DNA of 64,000 bases from an uncultured Christensenella sp. (GTDB lineage Bacteria > Bacillota > Clostridia > Christensenellales > UBA1242): assembly GCA_949293905.1 (NCBI GenBank), contig CASFFG010000002.1:12153-76152 (forward strand). Reading direction: 5' to 3'. Shown here one piece after another: positions 34,465-43,920 of this stretch. Numbering within the stretch: position 1 is the first letter of the stretch; every line of letters begins with the position of its first letter. The notes below the pieces were generated by a model. The model made no database searches, was not told the origin of the DNA, and saw only the letters and a program-made list of their open reading frames with translations. A program made the translations under genes and the position numbers.

Positions 34465-35838
34465 TTAATAAGCGACGATTTTACCGACATAGTCGACGAG
34501 TTCGTCGATATTTAGACGGATTTGTTTCATAGTATCTCTATCGCGAATTGTAACAGTATTATCGTTTAGAGTATCAAAGTCAATCGTGACGCACATTGGA
34601 GTACCGATTTCGTCCTGACGGCGATAGCGTTTACCAATGCTTCCTGCCTCATCATATGTTACCATAAAGTGTTTTGCAAGTGTATTGTAAACTTCACGCG
34701 CCTTTTCACTAAGGTTCTTTTGGAGTGGAAGAATTGCCACTTTATATGGAGCAATCGCTGGGTGGAAATGCATTACAACGCGCGTATCTCCGCCCTCGAG
34801 TTCTTCTTCGTCATACGCCTCACACATTACCGCGAGAGTCAATCTGTCCGCACCGATTGAGTATTCCACAACATTTGGAATATATTTTTCGTTGGTGTAC
34901 GGGTCGAGATATAACATAGATTTTCCACTATACTCTTGATGACGCGACAAGTCCCAATCTCCACGATGGTGAATTCCGTTCAATTCTTCCCAGCCGATAG
35001 GATACAAGTATTGAATGTCGCAAGCCGCCTTTGCGTAATGTGCCAATTTATCGTGATCGTGGTATCTCAAATGCTCTGGTTTAAAACCAATTGAGAGCAA
35101 GAAATCCATAGCCTTTTTCTTATACTCGTCATAGTATTTCATGCTATCTTCCGCCTTGCAAAACCATTGATGTTCCATTTGCTCAAACTCGATTGTGCGG
35201 AAAGTGAAATTACCTGGTGTTACTTCGTTTCTAAACGCCTTACCAATTTGCGCAATACCGAATGGAACTTTCGCGCGCATACTTCTTTGCACATTTAAGA
35301 AATTTACAAATTCACCTTGCGCGGTTTCTGGTCTAAGGTAGATTAAATTTTGGTTATCGTCCGTAACTCCGCGTGATGTGGAGAACATAAGGTTAAAATT
35401 CCTAATTCCCGTCCAATCGCTCTTACCACACTTAGGGCAAGCCACTTTATGCTCGGCGATATATTTCTCCATTTCTTCGTTAGTCATAAGGTCGGGATTA
35501 ACCTTTCCTTTTGAGTGCGCTTCAATCAAATTGTCCGCTCTAAAACGCGATTTACATGATTTACAATCCATTTTGGGGTCGGAAAAACTAGCAGTATGAC
35601 CGCTCGCGTCCCATACCCTACTATTCATAAAAATATCTGCGTCCACGCCGAACGAATTAGGCGCACACTGGACAAAGGTCTTCCACCATGCGCGCTTAAT
35701 ATTGTTCTTCAACTCGACACCTACCGGACCATAGTCCCAAGTGTTTGCGAGTCCGTCGTAGATGTCACTCCCCGGGAAAATTATCCCGCGAGATTTACAT
35801 AAATTTACTATTTTATCAAAGTTTTCTAATTTTTTCAT
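34465..35838 (-). CDS. glyQS: Glycine--tRNA ligase (dimeric GlyQS type)
   Basis: 457 aa. The N-terminus is IVNLCKSRGIIFPGSDIYDGLANTWDYGPVGVELKNNIK. Contains class II motifs (FRNE...PGNFTFRTIEFEQME, GADR) and a C-terminal anticodon-binding domain. Confidence 0.97.
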   Translation of the reverse strand: MKKLENFDKIVNLCKSRGIIFPGSDIYDGLANTWDYGPVGVELKNNIKRAWWKTFVQCAPNSFGVDADIFMNSRVWDASGHTASFSDPKMDCKSCKSRFRADNLIEAHSKGKVNPDLMTNEEMEKYIAEHKVACPKCGKSDWTGIRNFNLMFSTSRGVTDDNQNLIYLRPETAQGEFVNFLNVQRSMRAKVPFGIAQIGKAFRNEVTPGNFTFRTIEFEQMEHQWFCKAEDSMKYYDEYKKKAMDFLLSIGFKPEHLRYHDHDKLAHYAKAACDIQYLYPIGWEELNGIHHRGDWDLSRHQEYSGKSMLYLDPYTNEKYIPNVVEYSIGADRLTLAVMCEAYDEEELEGGDTRVVMHFHPAIAPYKVAILPLQKNLSEKAREVYNTLAKHFMVTYDEAGSIGKRYRRQDEIGTPMCVTIDFDTLNDNTVTIRDRDTMKQIRLNIDELVDYVGKIVAY

Positions 35839-35852
35839 TTCTGTCTTCCCTA

Positions 35853-38800
35853 TTATGCTAATAATTCTGGTGGATATACCTTATTGAATGAAACTCCATA
35901 TCTTTTTTGTCCAGCACGATCAGCAAAATCTTTCATGCTATTCATCAAACCATTTCTGTTTTTAAATTTATCCACTACTGTATCAAAACTTTCTTGGTAA
36001 ATATTTGCCAATTCTTCACATATCTCTTTGCATTGCTCTTGTATTTTAGATATATCTTCTTTTGTATATGACTTTCTGTATAATGGAGCACGCAAACCTT
36101 TATCTAAATCTATCCAAGTGTCAAGTGCTTCTTGCATTAGCAGCGCAAACTCTTTATCATACTCAGTATGATTTTTTAGATTTTTTAGCGATATTTTTGC
36201 TCTATTTAACCTGTCAATTAATTCCTTCGAATAATCTTTTGTCTTAGGTTTTGTATCAATAGTAACAGCATCTTCACTCACAAATTCGGCATTCTCCCAA
36301 TCTATACCTAATGCATTTCCGCCACCATTTCCAGATTCAATAGCGTTCTGCGAATTGTCAACAAAAGCATTTATCGTTATATTGTATTCATTTTTGGCGA
36401 CATCTACTAATTTGTCTTGTAATGCTTGGATAGTTGTGTTTATGCTATTGCTACTAGATTTTAAAGTTTCCTTCATCTCGCTCGTACTAGCCGCTATCTG
36501 TCTACCGAGATCGTTATTACTATCTTTTATTACTTGTAATTGAGTTAATAACTCATTAAATTGGGCTTCGTCTAATTTTTCTTTCCTTGTTTGTAAAGAT
36601 TGAGAGATTGACTTAATTTCATTAAACATATTTGTAATTTCATCAGCCAAATACCTTTGTTTATCAAATTGCAACTCTCTTTCTTTTTGTTTTATTAATC
36701 TATTATTTTTATCATACTCATTTCGCACTGAATCTAGGTTGATATCTACAATTCTTTGTTTTAATTCTTCGCGATCGCCGCTTTCTAATATCGCATCTTC
36801 GTCTATATTTTTCGAGAGATTTTCAGCATTGTTGATTTGATTATCAAGTTCCGCATTTAAATCCTCTATCTCACTTAGACACTCTAATTCGGTTTTTATA
36901 TCAATATCTTCATTTAGTTTATTTTTTTGTTCGTCTATTTTTAATAATAAATTTGCTATATTGCTTTCTAAATTGTTGATATTTTGCTCATATTTATCTC
37001 TTTGTTCTCTTTGCGCTCTCTGTTCTGCTAGCACACGCTCTGCTTCTTCATTGACTTGTTTTGCCTGCTCCCATTCTGCCTTTCTTCTATTTTCTTCTTC
37101 TAGATATTCATTATATTTTTCTCTATCCAGTGCTTCATTGTTGTTAATGAGATCTAGGTCAGCTTGGTAAGTCTCTTCTTGAACTGCATTTTCAACTCGT
37201 CCGTCTTTTAATTCGCTTTCGTCAGTGTGAGTTGTTTTATACTCTTTGGCTACCTGTTTAAATCTCTCCTTTAAACTATTTAATTTTGCTTCGGCATTCT
37301 TCTTCTCTTCTTTTGAAAGTTTTTCTTTCCCAACATATTTGAATTCGCCTGTTTTTACATCTAGTTCGTAATCATTTAAGAATTCTTTTTCTTCAGGAGT
37401 AAGCCTAGCAAATTCGTAAGTAAAATCATAGTCTTCCAACATTTCAGTATCAGCAACATCGTTAGTTTGCTTATCAAAATACTTGCAAATTGCATAACCT
37501 TTTGCTATTTGAAGTTGTTCCCATTTCTTCTCAAACTCTTTATCTGCCAATGTTGCGTGATTAGACAAACGGAAATTCTTTTGCATTTCAGTGAGTTTAT
37601 TGTTTTCTGCTTCATACTCACTCTTTAAAGCAGGGTTAGATTTTAACTGCTTTTTTAGTTGTTTTACTTTAAGTTTTTGCTGTTTGATTGCTTCCTTGTA
37701 ATCATCGCAAAGTTTTGCATTCCCTGCGCTAACTTGAGCAACTCCGTCGACCATATTTAAGTTAGTTAAATAATGCATACTGGATACATTATAAAGTCGC
37801 TCTTCAAGATTGGAAATCTCGCCTAAGAACACATCAATGTTCTCAATTTGATTTTCCTTTGTTGCTGTAAACAAATTGGTTAAATCTTCAGTGTATCCCT
37901 TTTCAAATGCTTCCTTATTTAGTTTATTAGGGTCTTTAAGTTTTTCCAAAAATCTATTTTGAATCCAACATTTAGCAGCAATCACTGCCGGTGCAATAGC
38001 GAGTCCCGCGCCTATCGTTCCAAAAATCACCCCTGCTGTCACTAAGTTTGGTATCAGTGCCGCTATAGCAACTGCCGTTACGAGTCCGCCCCAACTAAAC
38101 ATAAGTGGAACAAACGCGCCAATACTTTTATAGAAATCCTTTATCTCATCGCCCGCTTTATGATTTCCCCAGCCGACAATATGCTTTCCGTCAAATCTTA
38201 AGTTTCGTGAACTGATAGATTTATACTGACTCGAATCTGCAAACGGGGCATCTACAAGTTGAGTATCACTTATAACATACTTTTTCCCTTTTTCGTCGAG
38301 TTTTACTAACTTTCCGTTTATTATAGCATCTTCCAACTGATACTGTCCAGATTTGTACCTTGCGTCGAAATCTACCATTGCAGTCGTTACTATGCCTAAT
38401 TTTTCTTTATTCGCAACTCTATCTTCGTTATATTCGTATATTACCTTACACTCTTCGCTAAGATTGATTTTAGGACGATTTGTCGTTTGTATAACATCAC
38501 ACTGATGTAATGGATTTGTCGAGCGCTTTAATGCTCTCGGTTTCTGTTCTTCAACACTTGTGATAATTCTAAAACCATCTTTCGTCTTTCCCTTTATCAC
38601 ATCGGCACGGTCTACAATACGAGTCTGCACACCTTCCACATTAGGAATTCGGCAATATACGAGATATTTATCAGCGGGAGCATCTTGATTTTCAGCATAA
38701 ACATAACCTATTGGACGCGCGGTCTTTTTCTCTTCCACAAACTTACCGTTATTTAGGCGCAAATAGGTGGTTTCATTTTCTTCCGCCTTATAATCTTCAT

Positions 38801-39869
38801 TTATTTCGCGGAAGTTTTTAATCGTGTCGAAAATTATATTTGCTTGCTCATAAGTTAGCGGTGCAATTTCTCGAATCTCATCACCAACTTTTGCGTATAA
38901 AGACTTTCCAACATAAGCACTAAAATTGGTTGTGGAATCTTTTTTTATAGACTTTTCTTTATTGCCTTCAAAAGCATCGTCATAACTGGAATATAAATTC
39001 TCTATTCCCACCATGCTTTCATTCGTGTCGCCAGCAAAATGAACTTTTAAAAATCTACCATTCTCATCTGTAATAAAATTTTTGATTTGAAGTTTTGGTT
39101 TTGCCCCGTGAACTAAGATTTGCTCACTATAATAAGTGTCCACTGGGCGATTAACATCATTGCCGTTCTCGTCATAACTCTTAACGCTTTTATTGTTAAA
39201 GTCTGCGGTCTCTTGCCTTGTAATTTCCCCAGGTGTATATCCATTGTCTTTATATACGAAAGTCACTGGAACATAACTACCGCTATCATTATAATATAAC
39301 TCTTTGCCTTGCAATTCTTCTATACTATTTATAGACAACGACGCATCATTAATTGGCACAAAATTAGCACCAACAAATGTGCCTAATTGAGATTTCTCAA
39401 TAAACTCTTTCTTCCCGCCAGATAATTCAGCATAAAGATAATTACTATCTTCATAGGCGCTCGGGCTCATTTTAACTCGACGCTTTAGACCATATGGCAC
39501 AACTTGAGTATTTCCAGAACTGTCAGTTCCGTCAATAGAGTACGAGTCTATCTCATTTGGGACTTCGAAATCTCTTACAAATATATTATTTTTATCAGCA
39601 TCGTCGAGAGTGTTTCCCGGATTATATTCCTTGGCAACTCCCGCTGCAACGGTAAGTGTAGAATTTCTCTTAACATTATTAAAATCTCTTAAAGAACTTA
39701 TCCTTCTACCTTGTGAGTCGTTTATATAGACAAACACTTCACTTAACGGCACATATGTATTCCTTTTACCATAATGTATAAAAATTTGAGAAAGATTTAA
39801 TTTTCCAGCATCTTTTTCTTCTATTTTTCTAAATCCGTCAACTAATTCCACCGTATTAGTGCTTGGCAT
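35853..39869 (-). CDS. Very large protein of unknown function: about 590-aa N-terminal globular region, TM hairpin, about 700-aa coiled-coil C-terminal region
   Basis: ORF track 35853..39917. Preferred start is ATG 39867-39869 after GAGAGGTG. Two adjacent hydrophobic helices (WGGLVTAVAIAALIPNLVTAGVIFGTIGAGLAIAPAVIAA) are encoded at about 37965-38115. The C-terminal half is E/K/Q/N/L-rich heptad-like sequence. The stop lies 14 nt before the glyQS ATG. Confidence 0.7.
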   Translation of the reverse strand: MPSTNTVELVDGFRKIEEKDAGKLNLSQIFIHYGKRNTYVPLSEVFVYINDSQGRRISSLRDFNNVKRNSTLTVAAGVAKEYNPGNTLDDADKNNIFVRDFEVPNEIDSYSIDGTDSSGNTQVVPYGLKRRVKMSPSAYEDSNYLYAELSGGKKEFIEKSQLGTFVGANFVPINDASLSINSIEELQGKELYYNDSGSYVPVTFVYKDNGYTPGEITRQETADFNNKSVKSYDENGNDVNRPVDTYYSEQILVHGAKPKLQIKNFITDENGRFLKVHFAGDTNESMVGIENLYSSYDDAFEGNKEKSIKKDSTTNFSAYVGKSLYAKVGDEIREIAPLTYEQANIIFDTIKNFREINEDYKAEENETTYLRLNNGKFVEEKKTARPIGYVYAENQDAPADKYLVYCRIPNVEGVQTRIVDRADVIKGKTKDGFRIITSVEEQKPRALKRSTNPLHQCDVIQTTNRPKINLSEECKVIYEYNEDRVANKEKLGIVTTAMVDFDARYKSGQYQLEDAIINGKLVKLDEKGKKYVISDTQLVDAPFADSSQYKSISSRNLRFDGKHIVGWGNHKAGDEIKDFYKSIGAFVPLMFSWGGLVTAVAIAALIPNLVTAGVIFGTIGAGLAIAPAVIAAKCWIQNRFLEKLKDPNKLNKEAFEKGYTEDLTNLFTATKENQIENIDVFLGEISNLEERLYNVSSMHYLTNLNMVDGVAQVSAGNAKLCDDYKEAIKQQKLKVKQLKKQLKSNPALKSEYEAENNKLTEMQKNFRLSNHATLADKEFEKKWEQLQIAKGYAICKYFDKQTNDVADTEMLEDYDFTYEFARLTPEEKEFLNDYELDVKTGEFKYVGKEKLSKEEKKNAEAKLNSLKERFKQVAKEYKTTHTDESELKDGRVENAVQEETYQADLDLINNNEALDREKYNEYLEEENRRKAEWEQAKQVNEEAERVLAEQRAQREQRDKYEQNINNLESNIANLLLKIDEQKNKLNEDIDIKTELECLSEIEDLNAELDNQINNAENLSKNIDEDAILESGDREELKQRIVDINLDSVRNEYDKNNRLIKQKERELQFDKQRYLADEITNMFNEIKSISQSLQTRKEKLDEAQFNELLTQLQVIKDSNNDLGRQIAASTSEMKETLKSSSNSINTTIQALQDKLVDVAKNEYNITINAFVDNSQNAIESGNGGGNALGIDWENAEFVSEDAVTIDTKPKTKDYSKELIDRLNRAKISLKNLKNHTEYDKEFALLMQEALDTWIDLDKGLRAPLYRKSYTKEDISKIQEQCKEICEELANIYQESFDTVVDKFKNRNGLMNSMKDFADRAGQKRYGVSFNKVYPPELLA

Positions 39870-39888
39870 ATACACCTCTCTTTTGATA

Positions 39889-39899
39889 ATTATAGCACA
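39889..39899 (-). promoter_or_regulatory. Extended -10 promoter (TGTGCTATAAT) for the 1338-aa gene
   Basis: Minus-strand TGTGCTATAAT ends about 20 nt upstream of the ATG, just downstream of the preceding terminator. Confidence 0.5.
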
Positions 39900-39997
39900 C
39901 GCGCAGAGAAAAATCAATATTTCAACGGACTTTTAATTAAAATAGTAATTGATAAACATGATTAAATTCCAATGAAATTAATGAAAATTTTTTGATA

Positions 39998-40023
39998 AAA
40001 AATAAAAAAGCACATGTGTGCTT
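39998..40023 (-). terminator. Rho-independent terminator after the ECF S-component-like gene
   Basis: Stem AAGCAC (40008-40013) / GTGCTT (40018-40023) with a 4-nt loop and a T-run on the minus strand. Confidence 0.6.
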
Positions 40024-40025
40024 AA

Positions 40026-40607
40026 TTATTTTCTATTTTCTTTTTTTAACAATTTATTTAAACCGATTACGATTAATGGAACTATAATCGCTTGGATAAA
40101 TAGTGCGGTCATTCCCGATTGAATTTGTGTCCAAACTAGATTAGTGCTTAGACCTGTCGTGCTACCAAATAGTGCAACGCTAATTAAGAAAACTGTTCTT
40201 CCTGAAAGTCCAGCGACTAAAACAGCAGGAAAAGCGTAAACTGGATTTTCATATATCTTTTTAGAAAACAATCCGCTAACGAGCGCGAACACTGCCAATT
40301 CTAGAATCATGAAAGGAAGTCTACTAAGCGCTGGCATAGGATTTGAGATAAGCGATGTTATAATAAAACTTGTTATAGGGCTAAGAATTCCTACTCCTAA
40401 TCCCCACCATGTGCCTAATAAACAACCAGCAAGCAATACGGGTAGATACATAGGAAGCCAAGTCATACCACCGCTCGCTCCAGCCCATAAGTGAACCAAC
40501 TGTGGTAGCCCAACTGCAAGTACGATAAGAGCACCCGCTACAAGTGTTTTAATTGTGATTTTAATTCCAATCTTAATATCTTTTCTTTCTAAAACTTGTT
40601 CTAACAT
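40026..40607 (-). CDS. ECF-transporter S-component-like membrane protein (substrate unknown)
   Basis: 193 aa with about six TM helices. Size and topology are typical of ECF substrate-capture subunits. No specific family motif recognised. Confidence 0.5.
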   Translation of the reverse strand: MLEQVLERKDIKIGIKITIKTLVAGALIVLAVGLPQLVHLWAGASGGMTWLPMYLPVLLAGCLLGTWWGLGVGILSPITSFIITSLISNPMPALSRLPFMILELAVFALVSGLFSKKIYENPVYAFPAVLVAGLSGRTVFLISVALFGSTTGLSTNLVWTQIQSGMTALFIQAIIVPLIVIGLNKLLKKENRK

Positions 40608-40750
40608 ATTTTCTCTCCTTTTTATTTTTATATTTTTTATTAAAAATCGTTAAAATTTTTTATTTTTTCAAAAAAATTAAATTTTTATCGTTTTTTTGCT
40701 TATTTTTTTGCAAATTTTTATTAATATTTTGAAAATTTTTTATTTTTTAA

Positions 40751-41539
40751 TTATTTATTTTTAATTAACATGATTTTTAAAGTTCGTGGAGTATAGTATT
40801 TTCGCTTTCCTAGCCCATATCCTTCTTTTATAATTTTATAGTTTTTAGCATTATTAAAATCTCCAATTCCCGCAAGTGCGCCTAGCCCAGTAGGAGTAAT
40901 CAGTTCGTACGGAAAATCTGTCCGCTTAATTTTGATATTAAACTCGTCCGCTATATTTTTTACCGCAGGTGTTGGAATATCCAGCATTCCTACTCGCGTT
41001 TGAATTTTACCTTTCCCTTCAACTAGATTTTGTATGTACACCTTATCCACTGCTAAATCGTCTAGGCAGACGGCAATAGAAGTTATATCTATTATTGAAT
41101 CCATAGCACCTGACTCATGAAAGACAACTTCATTTACACTAATTTTATGTGCTTTGGCTTCTGCACGAGCAATGATTGAAAATATCTTTTTAGCAATATC
41201 TTTTGCAGAATTTGTTAAAATTGAATTATCTAAAATTTTAAAGACATCTTCTATATTTCTTCTAATAAAATTATTTTGTTCTATTCTCTTGTCGCCAAAA
41301 AGATATTCCATATCATTATCGTGATTGTCTTTAAGTTCTACATCAAAATCTGTAATTATTCGCGAGTTGTCACTCTTGTCCGTAATTTTTATCGTATAGC
41401 TATCCAAATTTAGACTGTCGATAGATTTCCTTAATTTGTCCTTGTCCGCACCCAAAGATAAGAGTGCGCCGACTATCATATCTCCACTTACTCCAAAAGA
41501 GCAATCAATAAGTAAATTAGTCGATGTCGATGATTTCAT
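40751..41539 (-). CDS. LarC-like (DUF111) protein, N-terminal domain only
   Basis: 262 aa. LLIDCSFGVSGDMIVGALLSLGADKDKL matches the LarC/DUF111 N-terminal signature (LDC.SG.SGDM..GAL.DLG). The protein lacks the roughly 130-aa C-terminal domain of full-length LarC. It overlaps the upstream gene by 23 nt. Confidence 0.6.
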   Translation of the reverse strand: MKSSTSTNLLIDCSFGVSGDMIVGALLSLGADKDKLRKSIDSLNLDSYTIKITDKSDNSRIITDFDVELKDNHDNDMEYLFGDKRIEQNNFIRRNIEDVFKILDNSILTNSAKDIAKKIFSIIARAEAKAHKISVNEVVFHESGAMDSIIDITSIAVCLDDLAVDKVYIQNLVEGKGKIQTRVGMLDIPTPAVKNIADEFNIKIKRTDFPYELITPTGLGALAGIGDFNNAKNYKIIKEGYGLGKRKYYTPRTLKIMLIKNK

Positions 41540-42401
41540 ATTCTCTACTGCCGAGTTTATGTGCGCATGCCGCTTCTACAGTGTGTATACCATGACGCGA
41601 GTTCATTCTTTCAATCAAGTCTGCCTTGCCGGGGTCGTTGGAGTTGATGACGGCATCATAGCAAACCTGGTCAAGTGCCACAGGGTCAATAGATGCGAAA
41701 ATGCCGATATCTTTCATCTTTGGTGTGGCAGGGTTTGAGTCGCAGTCACAATCGACAGAAAGGTTGTTTGCCACGCTGATATAGAGAAGGTTATCCTTGC
41801 CCACATAGTCGATAACTCCTTTGCACGCATCAGCCATAGACTCCAAAAAGTCATCTTGTTTTGGAAGATGCGACCAAATGTATTCTTGATTTAGAGAAGT
41901 TCCCGCTGAGTGAATGTTGAGTTTGCCGTTTGTGGAAGCCATGCCGATAGACATATTTTTAAGTGCGCCCCCAAATCCGCCCATAGCATGACCTTTAAAG
42001 TGCGATAGAAGTAAGAAGGAGTCGTAGTTGTCGATATGCTCGCCAACAATATCCTTATCGAGATGGTATCCGCCCTTAATAGGTATCGATTTTTCGCCAA
42101 ATTCATCCATGATGTCACATGGCGCAATCGCATAAAAACCATGGTCCTTAATCGCTTGCCAGTGGTCCTTTGGGTCCTGTCTTTTACCGCCATACGCTGT
42201 GCAACACTCTACAATCGTTCCATTTAATTTATCTACAAGTGGTTTAATTAAGTTAGGATTTAAAAAGTTATGTCCGCCTGGCTCCCCTGTGGAAATTTTT
42301 ACCGCAACTTTTCCTTTTAATTCATGATTAAGTGCTTCATAGATTTTGATTAATCCTTCTGGTGTAATAGATTTTGTAAAATAAACTTTTGATTTTTTCA
42401 T
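41517..42401 (-). CDS. DUF362 domain protein
   Basis: 294 aa. KVYFT..., ISTGEPGG, LLLSHFKGHAMGGFGGALKNMSIGMAS and VDCDCD match the DUF362 family pattern as I recall it. There is no C-terminal ferredoxin extension. Confidence 0.7.
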   Translation of the reverse strand: MKKSKVYFTKSITPEGLIKIYEALNHELKGKVAVKISTGEPGGHNFLNPNLIKPLVDKLNGTIVECCTAYGGKRQDPKDHWQAIKDHGFYAIAPCDIMDEFGEKSIPIKGGYHLDKDIVGEHIDNYDSFLLLSHFKGHAMGGFGGALKNMSIGMASTNGKLNIHSAGTSLNQEYIWSHLPKQDDFLESMADACKGVIDYVGKDNLLYISVANNLSVDCDCDSNPATPKMKDIGIFASIDPVALDQVCYDAVINSNDPGKADLIERMNSRHGIHTVEAACAHKLGSREYEIIDID

Positions 42402-42414
42402 ATTTATTCTCCTT

Positions 42415-42786
42415 TTATTTTAATTTCTTCTCATGCTTCAGCATTTTAGTATAATAGACATCTATCTTATAATTTAATCTATCATATGCCTTATTCATCT
42501 CGTCCAATTTCTTTTTTAGTACATCGCGTTGCTCGATAAGTAGATTTTTTCGTTTTTCAGCAGTATGTTCTCCTTGCTTAATTAACTCCATATATTTAAT
42601 CAAGACATCTATTGGTATACCTGCGCTTCTCATGCATACGACAAACTCAATTCTATCGATTTCCTTTTCCCCATAATCGCGCTTCCCACCGACACGCGGA
42701 ACGGGGTCTATTATCCCGATTTTTTCATAATAGCGCAAAGTGTCAGGCGTGATATTATATTTCTCTCCTATCTCATGTATCGTCAT
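42415..42786 (-). CDS. MerR-family transcriptional regulator (short, no metal-type Cys triad)
   Basis: 123 aa. The N-terminus is IHEIGEKYNITPDTLRYYEKIGII (MerR HTH), followed by a wing and a coiled-coil dimerisation helix. Confidence 0.85.
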   Translation of the reverse strand: MTIHEIGEKYNITPDTLRYYEKIGIIDPVPRVGGKRDYGEKEIDRIEFVVCMRSAGIPIDVLIKYMELIKQGEHTAEKRKNLLIEQRDVLKKKLDEMNKAYDRLNYKIDVYYTKMLKHEKKLK

Positions 42787-42803
42787 ACCCTCTCCTTATC
42801 CTT

Positions 42804-42834
42804 ATTATATCACTTGGAGTCAACTCCAAGTCAA
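42804..42834 (-). promoter_or_regulatory. MerR-type promoter with 19-bp spacer and embedded palindrome (autoregulatory site of the merR operon)
   Basis: Minus-strand reading is TTGACT (42829-42834), the 19-nt spacer TGGAGTTGACTCCAAGTGA, then TATAAT (42804-42809). Inverted repeat is ACTTGGAG/CTCCAAGT. Confidence 0.65.
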
Positions 42835-43010
42835 ACGATTTTTATTCTTTTTTTATTTTTTTATATTTAATAATCATTCAAAAAATTATCAAAATTTGAA
42901 AAATAATGAGATTTATTGCTACTTTATAGATTTTTATTATGTTTTTTAATTAAAATTTTTTGTATTTAAAATATTTTTTTGAAAATTATATAAAAAAATT
43001 CATAGATTTA

Positions 43011-43673
43011 CTATGAATTTATTTCTTCTAAAATACTTATAACTTCATTTAAATTATTTAAAATTTTAAATGCTAATCTTTTTACCTTCTTACTATTTTC
43101 TTTAATATCTGGAATCAATATCGTTTTAATGCCCGCACTAGTAGAAGATAAAACCCCATTATCACTATCTTCAAGTACTATCGTTTCTTCTATTTTTACG
43201 CCTAATTTTTTACATGCAAAAAGATAGATATCAGGTTCTGGCTTACCATGCTCTACCATGTCACCAGTAATAATTTCATCAAAAAGTTTTGGGTCAATGT
43301 TAGCATATTTTAAACTAAACTCCACTCTATCTTGTAACGATGATGACGCTATCGCCGTTTTATAACCCTTACTTTTTAAATAATTCATGAGTTCATAAAA
43401 GCCACTCTTCACTTTTATCCCATTTTTTATAGCGTCTTCTCGCATAAAGATTTTGTTGTATGCTCTAAATTTTTCCACATCAAAATCTTTACCCATCGCC
43501 TTTCGCCACTTTTTCGAGATGAGTTCATATCGCATACCGATTGTTTCGATCGCAAGGGAAATTGGAAGGTTATAATGATAGACTTCATTCGTCTTTTTTA
43601 TCGCATTTATACCCCATGTTTCGCTGTCTAGAATTAGTCCGTCTAAATCAAAAATTACCGCTTTTATTTTCAT
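43011..43673 (-). CDS. HAD-IA hydrolase (beta-phosphoglucomutase-like)
   Basis: 220 aa with VIFDLDGLILDSE (motif I), ASSS (motif II) and EDSDNGV (motif IV). Confidence 0.85.
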   Translation of the reverse strand: MKIKAVIFDLDGLILDSETWGINAIKKTNEVYHYNLPISLAIETIGMRYELISKKWRKAMGKDFDVEKFRAYNKIFMREDAIKNGIKVKSGFYELMNYLKSKGYKTAIASSSLQDRVEFSLKYANIDPKLFDEIITGDMVEHGKPEPDIYLFACKKLGVKIEETIVLEDSDNGVLSSTSAGIKTILIPDIKENSKKVKRLAFKILNNLNEVISILEEINS

Positions 43674-43779
43674 AATTACTCCTTAAAGTTAGTATAACAC
43701 AGATTACGAAAAAAGAAAAACAAAGAAAAGTGAAAAAAGAAAAAATAAGAGTAAAACAAAAATATTCCTCGTTAATTCA

Positions 43780-43912
43780 GGGCTCCCACGAGTGCCGAAA
43801 GGTACGAAGTGGGAAATGGGTTCCCTACAAGACGTTAGTCACAGTAGGGCTAAAAAAAGGAGTGACCGATTATAATTAAAGGGTTCCCTGCGAGCCGAAT
43901 GGCGAAGTAGGG
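43780..43912. repeat. Three related 32-34-nt hairpin units (GGGYU-CCC..C / G..GGG) in the same orientation
   Basis: Units at 43780-43813, 43818-43849 and 43881-43912. Each has a 5-6 bp lower stem, a purine-rich asymmetric internal loop (GA/GAA, AA/ACA, GA/GAA), a 3-5 bp upper stem with different sequences (GUGCC/GGUAC, GAC/GUC, GCC/GGC) and a 4-nt loop (GAAA, GUUA, GAAU). Confidence 0.75.
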
Positions 43913-43920
43913 ATAAAAAA

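Noticed and set aside
40621-40750. Strict 10-11-bp phasing of T-tracts (intrinsically curved DNA).
   Set aside because: The T-tract starts I measured are spaced 7-23 bp apart without a clean helical period. Only the weaker statement is retained, namely same-strand A/T-tract richness and shared motifs.
41891-42193. 100-aa ORF nested in another frame of the DUF362 gene, and the 63-aa plus-strand ORF 42036..42227.
   Set aside because: Both are fully contained in a gene with a clear family match and have no translation signals.
43780-43912. Mini CRISPR array (three units of about 32 nt).
   Set aside because: The units are related but not identical. The gaps between them are 4 and 31 nt rather than uniform spacers. 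No cas genes or leader are present.
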